Positions 54,902 to 63,783 of a DNA stretch of 64,000 nucleotides are shown in pieces. Within the stretch, counting starts at the first letter, position 1. Each line of letters opens with the position of its first letter. A model generated the notes under the pieces. The model did not search any database. It saw only the letters and a program-made list of their open reading frames with translations, and had not been told where the DNA came from. The translations under genes and the position numbers were made by a program. The stretch comes from Lactobacillales bacterium (lineage in GTDB: Bacteria; Bacillota; Bacilli; Lactobacillales; Streptococcaceae): NCBI GenBank assembly GCA_031261175.1, contig JAISJW010000007.1:12204-76203 (forward strand), written 5' to 3'.

Positions 54902-55033
54902 ATGGCGCTAATCACCTGTTTCGAAATTGCGACGCTCGCGAGTTTGTTTCTCGTTCCGCTGATGATAATCGTCGTAATTACAATTCTGTTCAACCTATTA
55001 TTCATAGCCAAGAGCGGCTATTTGAAATCATAA
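54902..55033 (+). CDS. 43-aa hydrophobic peptide
   Basis: My own translation: MALITCFEIATLASLFLVPLMIIVVITILFNLLFIAKSGYLKS. RBS gggga 7 nt upstream. Below the ORF-track cutoff. Confidence 0.4.
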   Translation: MALITCFEIATLASLFLVPLMIIVVITILFNLLFIAKSGYLKS

Positions 55034-55071
55034 AAAACGCCCTCGAAAATTTATTCGAGGGCGTTTTTTTA
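55032..55071. terminator. bidirectional intrinsic terminator
   Basis: aaaaa cgccctcgaa aatttat ttcgagggcg ttttttt, between convergent genes. Confidence 0.8.
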
Positions 55072-55689
55072 CTTGCCTGATTTCTTGTTTTTTTCGTGCT
55101 CGATGTCGCACTGCTTGACCGCCTTTTCGACCTTGCGCTCGGGCAGAATCCAGTACATCGTCATCCCGACATTGATAATCATAATTAAAATCGGCGCGAT
55201 GAATCCAGCTAAAAGGGCTATGACGTTGAGTGCAAGCGTGATATAGTTCTTTTTATAATCGCTGTAAAGTTTGGCGAAATGCGAATCTTTCCCGCCCGAT
55301 TTAACGAGCGCAATTTGAACCGCTAGCCACGCCGCATCGGCTCCTAAAATTACCACCCCGTGGATGAATTGCGGAGCGAAACTGTTGATGTGTTCCCCCA
55401 TCCAAGCCGTCGTAAATGGGAAAAGCGAAAGGAAAAACATGAAGATATTGTTAGTCCAAAGCACCCTCCCATCTATTTTTTTGACGATATGAAACATGTG
55501 GTGATGGTTGTTCCAGTAAACTGCCAAATTGAAAAAGCTGACCGCGTAAGCGATGAACATCGGCGCATTCTCTCCGGCGAATAAATCGGTGAAACTTGCC
55601 CCCTTCGGCACTGCAAGTTCGAGCACCAAAATGGTCATTATGATTGCGATTACGGCATCCGTGAACGCCTCTAAACGGGATTTAGTCAT
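55069..55689 (-). CDS. TMEM175/DUF1211-family membrane protein (putative K+ channel)
   Basis: N-terminal RLEAFTDAVIAIIMTILVLEL signature. Confidence 0.8.
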   Translation of the reverse strand: MTKSRLEAFTDAVIAIIMTILVLELAVPKGASFTDLFAGENAPMFIAYAVSFFNLAVYWNNHHHMFHIVKKIDGRVLWTNNIFMFFLSLFPFTTAWMGEHINSFAPQFIHGVVILGADAAWLAVQIALVKSGGKDSHFAKLYSDYKKNYITLALNVIALLAGFIAPILIMIINVGMTMYWILPERKVEKAVKQCDIEHEKNKKSGK

Positions 55690-55708
55690 TACTTTACCTC
55701 TCTTGGAT

Positions 55709-56314
55709 TTATTTTGCGTCGCTCTTTCTTTGGAGAATGTCGAGTTCGATTAAATCGTGTTTGATGTCGATTTTTTTCGGTTCAAAGGAGAAGCCATTTT
55801 TTTCAAAAATTTTGGTATCGATGGTGAAGGCTTTAGTTTTTTCGTCGTATTTAACACCCTCGTGCGAACCGAGGAATTTTTTGTTGACCATTTCTAGGAT
55901 GCCGGGAGCCGTTAGTGGCAGGCGTTCGATCTGAAGTTTTTTGATTTCAACTTCGACTAAGCCATCTTTGAGTAGTTTAGGGACGACCTCAGCTGTGAAG
56001 TTGTGGTCTTTCCCAAACAATGGAAACTTAGCGCTCATTTTAAGGATTTCACCGTCAGCCGAGAATGTAACGTCGGCGTTTTCAAATTCTTTTCCTAATA
56101 TGGCCTTGTTATTATTGATGATATTTGTTAGTTGCTCGGTGTTCGCCGATGTTGAAATCAGGACGACTTTGTCTTGACTTGCCGAAGTGGTTTTTGTCTT
56201 TTCAGCCGATGAATACGGGACGGAGAAGAGGATGGCAATTGTCGCGGCGATTGCTACGATTGTGAGGATTACGCCGCTGAGTGTGCCTAGGAGGAACCAT
56301 TTTAGTTTTTTCAT
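55709..56314 (-). CDS. YpmS-like (DUF2140) membrane-anchored protein
   Basis: N-terminal TM anchor, size, and position downstream of a YpmR-like SGNH hydrolase. Confidence 0.5.
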   Translation of the reverse strand: MKKLKWFLLGTLSGVILTIVAIAATIAILFSVPYSSAEKTKTTSASQDKVVLISTSANTEQLTNIINNNKAILGKEFENADVTFSADGEILKMSAKFPLFGKDHNFTAEVVPKLLKDGLVEVEIKKLQIERLPLTAPGILEMVNKKFLGSHEGVKYDEKTKAFTIDTKIFEKNGFSFEPKKIDIKHDLIELDILQRKSDAK

Positions 56315-57108
56315 TTTTTCTTCCTCGCTGGGAAATTATTGTCTTGAGTGACGGCTTTCGCGAGCGCTTTCGCCCAGAGTTTGTGGGATTTAGCGTTCGG
56401 GTGGAAGTAGTCGTAAGTTGAGAGCGGGTCGCCGGAGTCTTGGGGTTCGTCGCTCAGGTCGGACGCGCTGTCGAAGTCGATTTTCGGGTATTTGATGAGG
56501 TCGCTCGTTTGAACGTAGGTCACCTTTTTGTCTTTTTCAATTACGCGTTTAATGGCGTCGTTGTAGCGGTTGATGACCAGGTCGAAGAGGTCGCGGTCGC
56601 GTGGGAAGGTGTTGTAGAACGGATTGTAAATTCCCATCACGTAGATTTGCGCTTTTTTGTTTTGTTTGCGGATTGCTTTGATTATTTTGGTTACGGTTTT
56701 TTCGTAGGTTTCGATCGCTGGATAGAACTCGGCTTGGTCGAGGTTGAGGTTGGTTACGATTTTTTCCATCACGCAGTTTTTGATGTCGTTTCCGCCGACT
56801 GTGATTGAGATGATCTGCGCATTCTTGATATCGTCGTTGATGCCGTTTGTGTTGTCGGTTAGGCGCTGCAAAATCTGCTCGCTCGTGTTTCCGCTGACGC
56901 CGTAGTTGTGTTGCTTTATTTTTATATCATATTTTTCGTTCATAAGTTCCGTAAATGCGCTCGCAAAACGGTCGTTTTCCTTATTTCCGTCACCTGCCGT
57001 TAGCGAATCGCCGATTGCGACGTAGTCTACTTTTGCGCCGGCTTTAAACCCGGTTAAAGTTGTAAAAATTAGGGTTAATGCTAATATTATTTTTATTTTC
57101 TTCTTCAT
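56311..57108 (-). CDS. secreted SGNH/GDSL hydrolase (YpmR-like)
   Basis: Block I VAIGDSLTAGDG, block III GGND, block V DYFHPN. Start taken at MKKKIKII (57108). The longer ORF-track N-terminus runs through a hairpin element. Confidence 0.8.
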   Translation of the reverse strand: MKKKIKIILALTLIFTTLTGFKAGAKVDYVAIGDSLTAGDGNKENDRFASAFTELMNEKYDIKIKQHNYGVSGNTSEQILQRLTDNTNGINDDIKNAQIISITVGGNDIKNCVMEKIVTNLNLDQAEFYPAIETYEKTVTKIIKAIRKQNKKAQIYVMGIYNPFYNTFPRDRDLFDLVINRYNDAIKRVIEKDKKVTYVQTSDLIKYPKIDFDSASDLSDEPQDSGDPLSTYDYFHPNAKSHKLWAKALAKAVTQDNNFPARKKK

Positions 57109-57150
57109 ATTATCAATTATAGCAAAAATTTCGGGGTTTAAAAAGCCCCA

Positions 57151-57217
57151 TGTGCTTTTAAGGCGTTTTTTACGCAATCCAGACCTCGAAATGCATAAAA
57201 AACGCCTTAAAAGCACA
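57151..57217. repeat. 21-bp perfect-stem hairpin between two minus-strand genes
   Basis: tgtgcttttaaggcgtttttt ... aaaaaacgccttaaaagcaca. Confidence 0.75.
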
Positions 57218-57227
57218 TAGGCTCATT

Positions 57228-58823
57228 TTACTTAGGTGAAAACTGGGTAATTATGCTCTCAGCACACTTCAAACCGTCGATTGCGGCGGAAACTATGCCG
57301 CCCGCAAAGCCTGCTCCTTCGCCACTTGGGTAAATTCCCGCGATCGATAGAGATTCAAGCGAATCGTGGTCACGGTTAATCCGAACCGGCGAAGACGAAC
57401 GCGATTCAACTCCCGTCATTACGGCGTCAGGCATCGCGAACCCTCGAAGCTTGCGGTCCATCCCAATCAAACCATTTTTCAAAGCCGAAGTTATATAGTG
57501 CGGGAACAGCTCGCTCAAATCCGTCGGCTTAACGCCCAGACTGTAACTCGGCTTCACTGATCGCATCTCCGTAGATGCCTGCCCTTTCAAGAAATCTCCG
57601 ACCAACTGCGCCGGTGCTTGGTAGGTACTACCACCTAACTCAAATGCCTTCGCCTCTAACTTGCGCTGGAACTCAATCCCTGCCAGCGGGTGTTCACTTC
57701 CGAAATCTTCCGGCGTCACCTGCACGAGCAAACCGCTATTTGCGTTCGGCTGGTTCCGCGCCTGCTCGCTCATTCCGTTCGTTACCAAACAGCCCTCTTC
57801 CGACGTCGACGCGACAACCATCCCGCCCGGACACATACAGAAAGTGTAGACTCCACGCCCGTTATTCGCCTTGTGCGTCAAGTGATATTCCGCCGCCCCA
57901 AGTCGCTCGTGCCCAGCAAATTCCTTATATTGCGCCTTGTCGATCACCGCCTGCGGGTGTTCAATCCGCACCCCAACCGCAAATGGCTTCGCACTCATAT
58001 CGACCCCCTCGCGGTGCAGCTCGGCGAACGTATCGCGCGCGCTGTGACCGATGGCAAGTATGGCGCGTTCCGCGGGCAATTCCTCGCCGCCAGCTAAGAC
58101 TAAACCGCTTAAAGCGCCGTTAGAACTTACGAATTTTTCGACTTGCGTATTAAAGCGAATTTCGCCGCCGCGCGAAATGATTTCTTTACGAATATTTTTG
58201 ACGATATCGCGCAAAAGATCAGTTCCGACGTGTGGGTGGGCTTTGTATAAAATTTCTTCTGGCGCCCCGGCTCGAACTAGTTCCTGTAAGACTTTACGTC
58301 CGCGCAAATCTTTGACCCGCGTTGTCAATTTCCCATCTGAAAAAGTGCCAGCTCCGCCTTCACCAAACTGCACGTTTGAATTAGGTTTCAATTCGCCCTT
58401 AGTCCAAAAAATTTCGATTGATTTTACGCGTTCATCGACTGATTCGCCACGTTCTAAAACAATTGGTTTATAGCCATGTTGGGCAAGTAACAAAGCCGCA
58501 AACATTCCCGCTGGTCCGAAGCCGACAACGACTGGACGGTTGGCTAATTTACCAGCACCGATTTCGGGGTCTTTATATTCAGCATCAGGTGTCAGCGCGA
58601 CATTTTTATAGCTGCCATTTAAAAAGCGAGCTTCGTTTTTGACGTTGACATCAACAGCGTAGATGAACCAGATTTCGCCGCGACGACGAGCATCAATCGA
58701 CTCTTTGAAAATGCGATAGTCGATAATTTCACTAGCCGAAATTTTTAAGCGTTGCGAAATTAACGATTTTATTTTCTCTAAATCATCGTGAATTGAGATT
58801 TTGATTTGCGTAATTCTTAGCAT
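57228..58823 (-). CDS. FAD-dependent oxidoreductase (COG2509-like)
   Basis: VVVGFGPAGMFAALLLA dinucleotide-binding motif. 531 aa. Confidence 0.75.
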   Translation of the reverse strand: MLRITQIKISIHDDLEKIKSLISQRLKISASEIIDYRIFKESIDARRRGEIWFIYAVDVNVKNEARFLNGSYKNVALTPDAEYKDPEIGAGKLANRPVVVGFGPAGMFAALLLAQHGYKPIVLERGESVDERVKSIEIFWTKGELKPNSNVQFGEGGAGTFSDGKLTTRVKDLRGRKVLQELVRAGAPEEILYKAHPHVGTDLLRDIVKNIRKEIISRGGEIRFNTQVEKFVSSNGALSGLVLAGGEELPAERAILAIGHSARDTFAELHREGVDMSAKPFAVGVRIEHPQAVIDKAQYKEFAGHERLGAAEYHLTHKANNGRGVYTFCMCPGGMVVASTSEEGCLVTNGMSEQARNQPNANSGLLVQVTPEDFGSEHPLAGIEFQRKLEAKAFELGGSTYQAPAQLVGDFLKGQASTEMRSVKPSYSLGVKPTDLSELFPHYITSALKNGLIGMDRKLRGFAMPDAVMTGVESRSSSPVRINRDHDSLESLSIAGIYPSGEGAGFAGGIVSAAIDGLKCAESIITQFSPK

Positions 58824-58835
58824 AATTTTCCTCGC

Positions 58836-59396
58836 TTATTTATATTCAACGTCGGCTTTTTCGACTTTAGTAATTTTCGGCGTAGCACCCTCGCCAAACG
58901 GCACATAAACCGTAATCAGTTTAAAACTCTTATGCCCAAGTTTTGCATAAAATTTATAATTTTTTCCATTCACTAATTGCGTTGCGACCTTGACCGGAGT
59001 ATATTCTGCATACTCAGTCCCGCGAACGGCCTTAGTGAAAATTGCCTTCTCGTCCTTGTCGACCTTAACGCCTTCAGTATAGCCACCCAGTTTCTTACTC
59101 AAAACTTCGCGCTCACCCATCGCGTAAGGGATTTTGAAAGTATAAGTTGGAAAAATCCACGTCGACAAAATCGAAACTAAAATAACGCCAATGGCGGCAT
59201 ACTTAAACCACTTTTCGGTAACAGGTGAAATTTTCTTGTGCACCCATAATAAAATCGCAGCAAATGCCCCGAAATTAAGCAAATCAATAAAAATAACAGG
59301 CCAGTCGCCTTCAATGTGCATTGTCACAAATTCGAATAATAAAACCAACGCTAGACAAATCCCTAACAACACATTTTTCTTCGTTAAATATTTCAT
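58836..59396 (-). CDS. membrane-anchored protein with a C-terminal cystatin-like region
   Basis: Start taken at MKYLTKKN. Four hydrophobic segments are followed by ...YTPVKVATQLVNGKNYKFYAKL..., which carries a QxVxG-type motif. Confidence 0.5.
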   Translation of the reverse strand: MKYLTKKNVLLGICLALVLLFEFVTMHIEGDWPVIFIDLLNFGAFAAILLWVHKKISPVTEKWFKYAAIGVILVSILSTWIFPTYTFKIPYAMGEREVLSKKLGGYTEGVKVDKDEKAIFTKAVRGTEYAEYTPVKVATQLVNGKNYKFYAKLGHKSFKLITVYVPFGEGATPKITKVEKADVEYK

Positions 59397-59466
59397 ATTT
59401 CCACCCCAAAAATCTTTTCTTCCATTATAGCACAAAACCGCCCCTAACGGACGGCTTTGCGAGAAT

Positions 59467-59628
59467 TTAACTAATCGGCGGCGCCAGTGGATCGATGACT
59501 TCGCTATAGTCGCGAGCGCTTTGATAAGGATCCGGATCAACTATCCAATGACCTGGATCCCCCGCCGCTGCCGTGATAACCCACGGCAGAAATAGCGCCA
59601 ATAGCGCTATAATTGCAAATTTTTTCAT
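59467..59628 (-). CDS. 53-aa secreted peptide
   Basis: My own translation: MKKFAIIALLALFLPWVITAAAGDPGHWIVDPDPYQSARDYSEVIDPLAPPIS. RBS aggag. The signal peptide shares PWVITA with the next gene. Confidence 0.45.
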   Translation of the reverse strand: MKKFAIIALLALFLPWVITAAAGDPGHWIVDPDPYQSARDYSEVIDPLAPPIS

Positions 59629-59642
59629 TTTTTCTCCTTTAT

Positions 59643-60185
59643 TTAAAAGGGATTAAACATCCCGTGTTTTTCTTCGACATATTTTAAGAACGCAGGTTTT
59701 GCGGCCTCGTGATATACTTGAAGATCGTCTTCGGTTCTATTAAGGCTCGCTGCACGTGTCCAAGCACAAGCGAAACTCCACGCTACCGTAAGCTCAAATG
59801 GTTGCTCCACGTTCAGTTCCGTATACACGCTGTGTTCCGCACTCAGCGTTGACGAGAAGCACGCCACATCCATGTTGATGTAGGCTTCTAAAAGGCGCAT
59901 CGTGCTCGCGTAGTCACCACGAGGCAAGTCAGACTGCCAGTCGCCATTGCTATCAAAAGCTCCGACACGTTCAGGCGCCCAATTGCCATTTTGCGAATCT
60001 GCTTCATACCACTCGTGAACGCGCAACTTTTGTTCAAGGCGAACTTCGTATTTGGCGTGCGCATCCTCGTCGATCGAGAACCACGAAATCGTTGGTTCCG
60101 CCGCACTTGCCGAAGCAGTGATAACCCACGGGGCAAGTGTCGCCACCGCCATTGCTGCGATTAATAATTTTTTTACTGTTTTCAT
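59643..60185 (-). CDS. secreted protein of unknown function (paralogue set, member 1)
   Basis: Signal peptide MKTVKKLLIAAMAVATLAPWVITASASA. C-terminal KPAFLKYVEEKHG motif shared with members 2 and 3. Confidence 0.6.
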   Translation of the reverse strand: MKTVKKLLIAAMAVATLAPWVITASASAAEPTISWFSIDEDAHAKYEVRLEQKLRVHEWYEADSQNGNWAPERVGAFDSNGDWQSDLPRGDYASTMRLLEAYINMDVACFSSTLSAEHSVYTELNVEQPFELTVAWSFACAWTRAASLNRTEDDLQVYHEAAKPAFLKYVEEKHGMFNPF

Positions 60186-60218
60186 TTTCTTTCTCCTTCG
60201 CTTTCGCTATTTATTTTA

Positions 60219-60881
60219 CTAGTAATGCTCAATGCCACCAGAATCTGAATCGCCGTAATGGCTATAGTCGGGCTTGATGATGCTAGCCATTGTTGGCGTT
60301 GGACGTTCCATCATGCCACCGCCGCTATCTTTTTCCTTTTGAGGCTTTTCTGGAACGAAATAATCGTCGATAATATAGGGATATTTTGTCTCAACCATTT
60401 TCATAAACGCCGCTCTGACCGCAGGATATTCCGCTACTTTAGCTTCGTATTTCGCTTGGTCATAATTTCCGACATACGGCATTTCGTCGATGTCGTTATG
60501 GATTTTCGCGAATTCATAACCCGCCTGCAAATCCGCCGGAATCGCCGCGTGCTCGGCCTCAAGCGAATCCATTTCATCTTTTATAATTCTCGTATAAGGC
60601 GCGATATTAGCTTTGATTTTTACATAAATTCGGTTCGTCGCTGTCGCGTAATATGTCACCGGATTCGCGTAATCCTCTTCATCTTCAATGAAGTTCATAT
60701 GACGTGTGCGATCCCACGTGTCATTGTTCAAATCACGCGTATAGCAATCCAAAATATACAGCTCGTGCCACAAATTAATTTCAAGCGGTTTCTTTTCAAA
60801 CGACTCCGCCCGAACCACTGGGCTTATTAGTGCCATCAGCAGCGCGCAAACCGTCACTGCAATTGCAAATTTTTTTACCAT
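60219..60881 (-). CDS. secreted protein of unknown function (member 2)
   Basis: Signal peptide ...ALISPVVRA. C-terminal VRAAFMKMVETKYP motif. The start overlaps the stop of member 3 (ATGGTAA). Confidence 0.6.
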   Translation of the reverse strand: MVKKFAIAVTVCALLMALISPVVRAESFEKKPLEINLWHELYILDCYTRDLNNDTWDRTRHMNFIEDEEDYANPVTYYATATNRIYVKIKANIAPYTRIIKDEMDSLEAEHAAIPADLQAGYEFAKIHNDIDEMPYVGNYDQAKYEAKVAEYPAVRAAFMKMVETKYPYIIDDYFVPEKPQKEKDSGGGMMERPTPTMASIIKPDYSHYGDSDSGGIEHY

Positions 60882-61297
60882 AATATATCACCAAATTTAC
60901 TTTCTATCATTTCCATAAAGTTTTTGCGAATCGTTTTGTATTTCGCTAGCTCATTTGCGTTTTGCTCTCCTGAAGCGATCATTTCAGCTACCACTTCGTG
61001 TTCAACGACAAAATTATAAGCTACATCTAAATCGTTAGCCTCATCGTGTTCTTCTTTGACAATCGGAGCGTACTTGCTCAATATTTTTTCAATATCTTCG
61101 CCGTACATTTGGAGTGCCGCGGTGTTGTCGCCCATGTTCGCATATTTATTAGACGCATCGATTCCGTGCAAACTTTTCCAAAGCGCGATTTCGCAATCGT
61201 CCTTGACCGGGATTGTTTTCTGGATAATTGCTGCCGATGCCGAGGTTGGCATCATTAGAAGTACTACTAATAAAACTACAATAGTTTTTTTCATCAT
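60875..61297 (-). CDS. secreted protein of unknown function (member 3)
   Basis: Signal peptide MMKKTIVVLLVVLLMMPTSASA. C-terminal IRKNFMEMIESKFG motif. Confidence 0.6.
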   Translation of the reverse strand: MMKKTIVVLLVVLLMMPTSASAAIIQKTIPVKDDCEIALWKSLHGIDASNKYANMGDNTAALQMYGEDIEKILSKYAPIVKEEHDEANDLDVAYNFVVEHEVVAEMIASGEQNANELAKYKTIRKNFMEMIESKFGDILW

Positions 61298-61519
61298 CTT
61301 TTCTTCTCCTCGTTTTTATTTATTCTATCAAATTATTAATTGTATTTTTGCGACTTTTATGAAAAAACATAAATCAGCTACTTTCCGGACTAACGTTTCA
61401 TTGATCTTATTCAAAAATATGATTATCAGTCATAAATTGCCAAGAAATTTGCTTTTTGCTTTCTTAACATTTAAGACAACAAAAAAAGACCAGCCCTAAT
61501 TAAGCTGATCTTGTTTTTA

Positions 61520-61747
61520 TTATTTGCCCACTAGATGAGCTTGCGAATTGTTAGCTACGACTTCCTCGCTAGGCAGCGAGACCACTACTGCGTTCCCCAG
61601 TGCCCCAATAGCTTTTTCGCCTTCCACCGGTTTTATTTCACCAGCCCCGGGATCTTGGACATTCCCTGGATTTGATTCAGCTAGACACTGCGTTCCGGCA
61701 AGTAAAAATATTGCTGATAACGTTAAAATAGCTATTAATTTTTTCAT
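61520..61747 (-). CDS. 75-aa secreted, acidic low-complexity peptide
   Basis: Signal peptide MKKLIAILTLSAIFLLAGTQCLA. Extended -10 (tggtataat) upstream. Divergent from the Rgg-like regulator. Confidence 0.55.
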   Translation of the reverse strand: MKKLIAILTLSAIFLLAGTQCLAESNPGNVQDPGAGEIKPVEGEKAIGALGNAVVVSLPSEEVVANNSQAHLVGK

Positions 61748-61894
61748 TTTTTATTCCCCTTTTTGTTCTAATGTTGTAATTATACCAAAAAAGAGTTTCC
61801 AAGCATTTTTATCTTATAAGTTCATTAAATTTTTAACATTTTCTTATCGGTGTGTTATACTATTTTTATCTATTGAAATAAGAGGTCGAAAAAT

Positions 61895-62827
61895 ATGGAC
61901 TTTATTACTCCTGAAAATATTGGCAACATGGTCAAGGCGGCACGCATCAAAGAAGGCTATTCCCAAAAAGATTTGGAAGGGATAATCGCCCAATCGCGCC
62001 TGAGTCGATTTGAAAATAATCAATGTACGATTTCTTCGACGGATTTGCTGCAGATTCTCGATGCCATTCATGTTTCGCCAAAAACTTTTTTCTTCAATAC
62101 AAAAAACAACTATTTTAGTGATATCCAAACAGCGATTATTGTCGCTGGATCCGCAGATGATCTCGCGCGACTTGCCGCTTTGAAGAGCGAGGTCGAGGAT
62201 GCTAAAAACGAGTCTAGTCCGACGCAGCAACAGCTTTTACTTGCCCTGATTGAGGTTTTCGAAGCGCGGATTCTGCCGGATAAAAAGATGCTTAAAAATA
62301 ATTTTCTGCTGAATTATTTTAGCGAGTTTCGGTATCCGCACAGTTTTGATCTTGTGATTTTTAACAATACGCTGATTGCGCTGCCAGAGGCGACTATTTT
62401 GAAGTGGTTCGAGCTGTTCATCCGCGAGTTGCAAAATCCGGCCAACCCTTTTAATCGCACGATTGTTAAAATGATTATCCAGAATATTATTTTGACTTTT
62501 CTCGCCGAAGGAAAAAACGAAATTGCTCAACAGTGTAACGATGAATTCAAAGCCATCGCGGGTTCGCACGGAGAACTTTCGATTTTTATTAACGTTAAAA
62601 TAATTGATGCGATTCTGCTTTTCCGTAGCGGGGATACAGTCGCAGCGACAAATCAAATCAATAAAACAATCGATATTGTCGAATCGCTAGAAGCCACTAA
62701 TTTCGACTACCTCGAGGATTTCTGCCACCTGATTATCACGACTGAGGTGCTGGCACAAAATCGTAAAAATCCGAATTATACGGCTTATCACGACCACGTC
62801 GGGTTGATTAGCTTGGTTAATTTCTAG
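61895..62827 (+). CDS. Rgg/GadR/MutR-type (RNPP-like) transcriptional regulator
   Basis: N-terminal XRE HTH (GNMVKAARIKEGYSQKDLEGIIAQSRLSRFENNQ) plus a ~240-aa helical repeat domain. TTAACA-17-TATACT promoter at 61833..61861. Confidence 0.65.
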   Translation: MDFITPENIGNMVKAARIKEGYSQKDLEGIIAQSRLSRFENNQCTISSTDLLQILDAIHVSPKTFFFNTKNNYFSDIQTAIIVAGSADDLARLAALKSEVEDAKNESSPTQQQLLLALIEVFEARILPDKKMLKNNFLLNYFSEFRYPHSFDLVIFNNTLIALPEATILKWFELFIRELQNPANPFNRTIVKMIIQNIILTFLAEGKNEIAQQCNDEFKAIAGSHGELSIFINVKIIDAILLFRSGDTVAATNQINKTIDIVESLEATNFDYLEDFCHLIITTEVLAQNRKNPNYTAYHDHVGLISLVNF

Positions 62828-62841
62828 TATAAAAATCAATT

Positions 62842-62909
62842 TATCGGACTTTTCGCGTTTTGTGGTCTTTTTTCACGGAAAATGACCACAAAACGCGAAA
62901 AGTCCGATA
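62842..62909. repeat. long hairpin element, family C copy 2 (probable bidirectional terminator)
   Basis: 26-bp arms tatcggacttttcgcgttttgtggtc / gaccacaaaacgcgaaaagtccgata, between convergent genes. Confidence 0.8.
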
Positions 62910-62913
62910 TTTA

Positions 62914-63783
62914 TTATTTTATCGCTTCGATTATTTTGTTTAGGCCGGCTTCACACTCAGGAACGAGTGGAACGTAAGGCCAAACGTGGCAGAGGCCATC
63001 TCCTACTATGAAGTCAACTGGTGTTTTCAGGTTTTCGACAAACTCAGTCACCGCCGGATAGAAAACTTCGTCTGTTCCTGAGAAAACGAGTAATGGTGGA
63101 AAGTCCCCACGGCTTAAAAGTTCGTAATTATCTTTGGTTACTTCTGGCATTAGGCTTCCGATAACGTCAAACATTTTCGTAGTCAGCATGATGTCACGAG
63201 GTTCAATCTCTTTCATTTTCGCGAGCATTTTTTCGTCTTTGACTGCGACCTGCCCAGGAGATACCAGAATCATTTTACGCGGAAAGTCTAGCTTATTGAT
63301 GCTTTGCGCTAGATTGATCGCAAGAATTGCCCCGGCAGAATCGCCTAGAACGGTGATGTTCTGAGGGTTGTAACTTGCCAGCATTTCTTTGTAAGTACTG
63401 AGTACGACGGCGCTCATTTGACTTGCCGAAAAATCGGGGAGTAGCGGGTAGACGAGGAACCAGATTTCGGCGCCGCTCGCGCGGAGGATTTTGTCGATGG
63501 CGACCCAGTGCGCCCATTCGGCTTCGAGGATGAAGCCTCCGCCGTGGAGAAACAGGACGACCGGTCGGTTCGAGCCGGGATTGATGATGTGGCAGTTGCA
63601 GCCTGCGATTTTACGGGTTTCGATTTTGTAACGGGCACGGATCAAGCGCGGCGGATCTGTTTTTCGCTTGTCTTTTTCTGTTTTTAGATATTCAAGGAGT
63701 TCGCCTTCGCTCAGCTCGTAGATCCACTTATGCTGCGTTTTGAGGATGATTTGTTTTGCAATTTCGTAAGTTATGCTCGCCAT
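62914..63783 (-). CDS. alpha/beta hydrolase (esterase/lipase, HSL-like)
   Basis: HGGGF oxyanion motif (LFLHGGGFI) and GDSAG nucleophile elbow. Confidence 0.85.
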   Translation of the reverse strand: MASITYEIAKQIILKTQHKWIYELSEGELLEYLKTEKDKRKTDPPRLIRARYKIETRKIAGCNCHIINPGSNRPVVLFLHGGGFILEAEWAHWVAIDKILRASGAEIWFLVYPLLPDFSASQMSAVVLSTYKEMLASYNPQNITVLGDSAGAILAINLAQSINKLDFPRKMILVSPGQVAVKDEKMLAKMKEIEPRDIMLTTKMFDVIGSLMPEVTKDNYELLSRGDFPPLLVFSGTDEVFYPAVTEFVENLKTPVDFIVGDGLCHVWPYVPLVPECEAGLNKIIEAIK

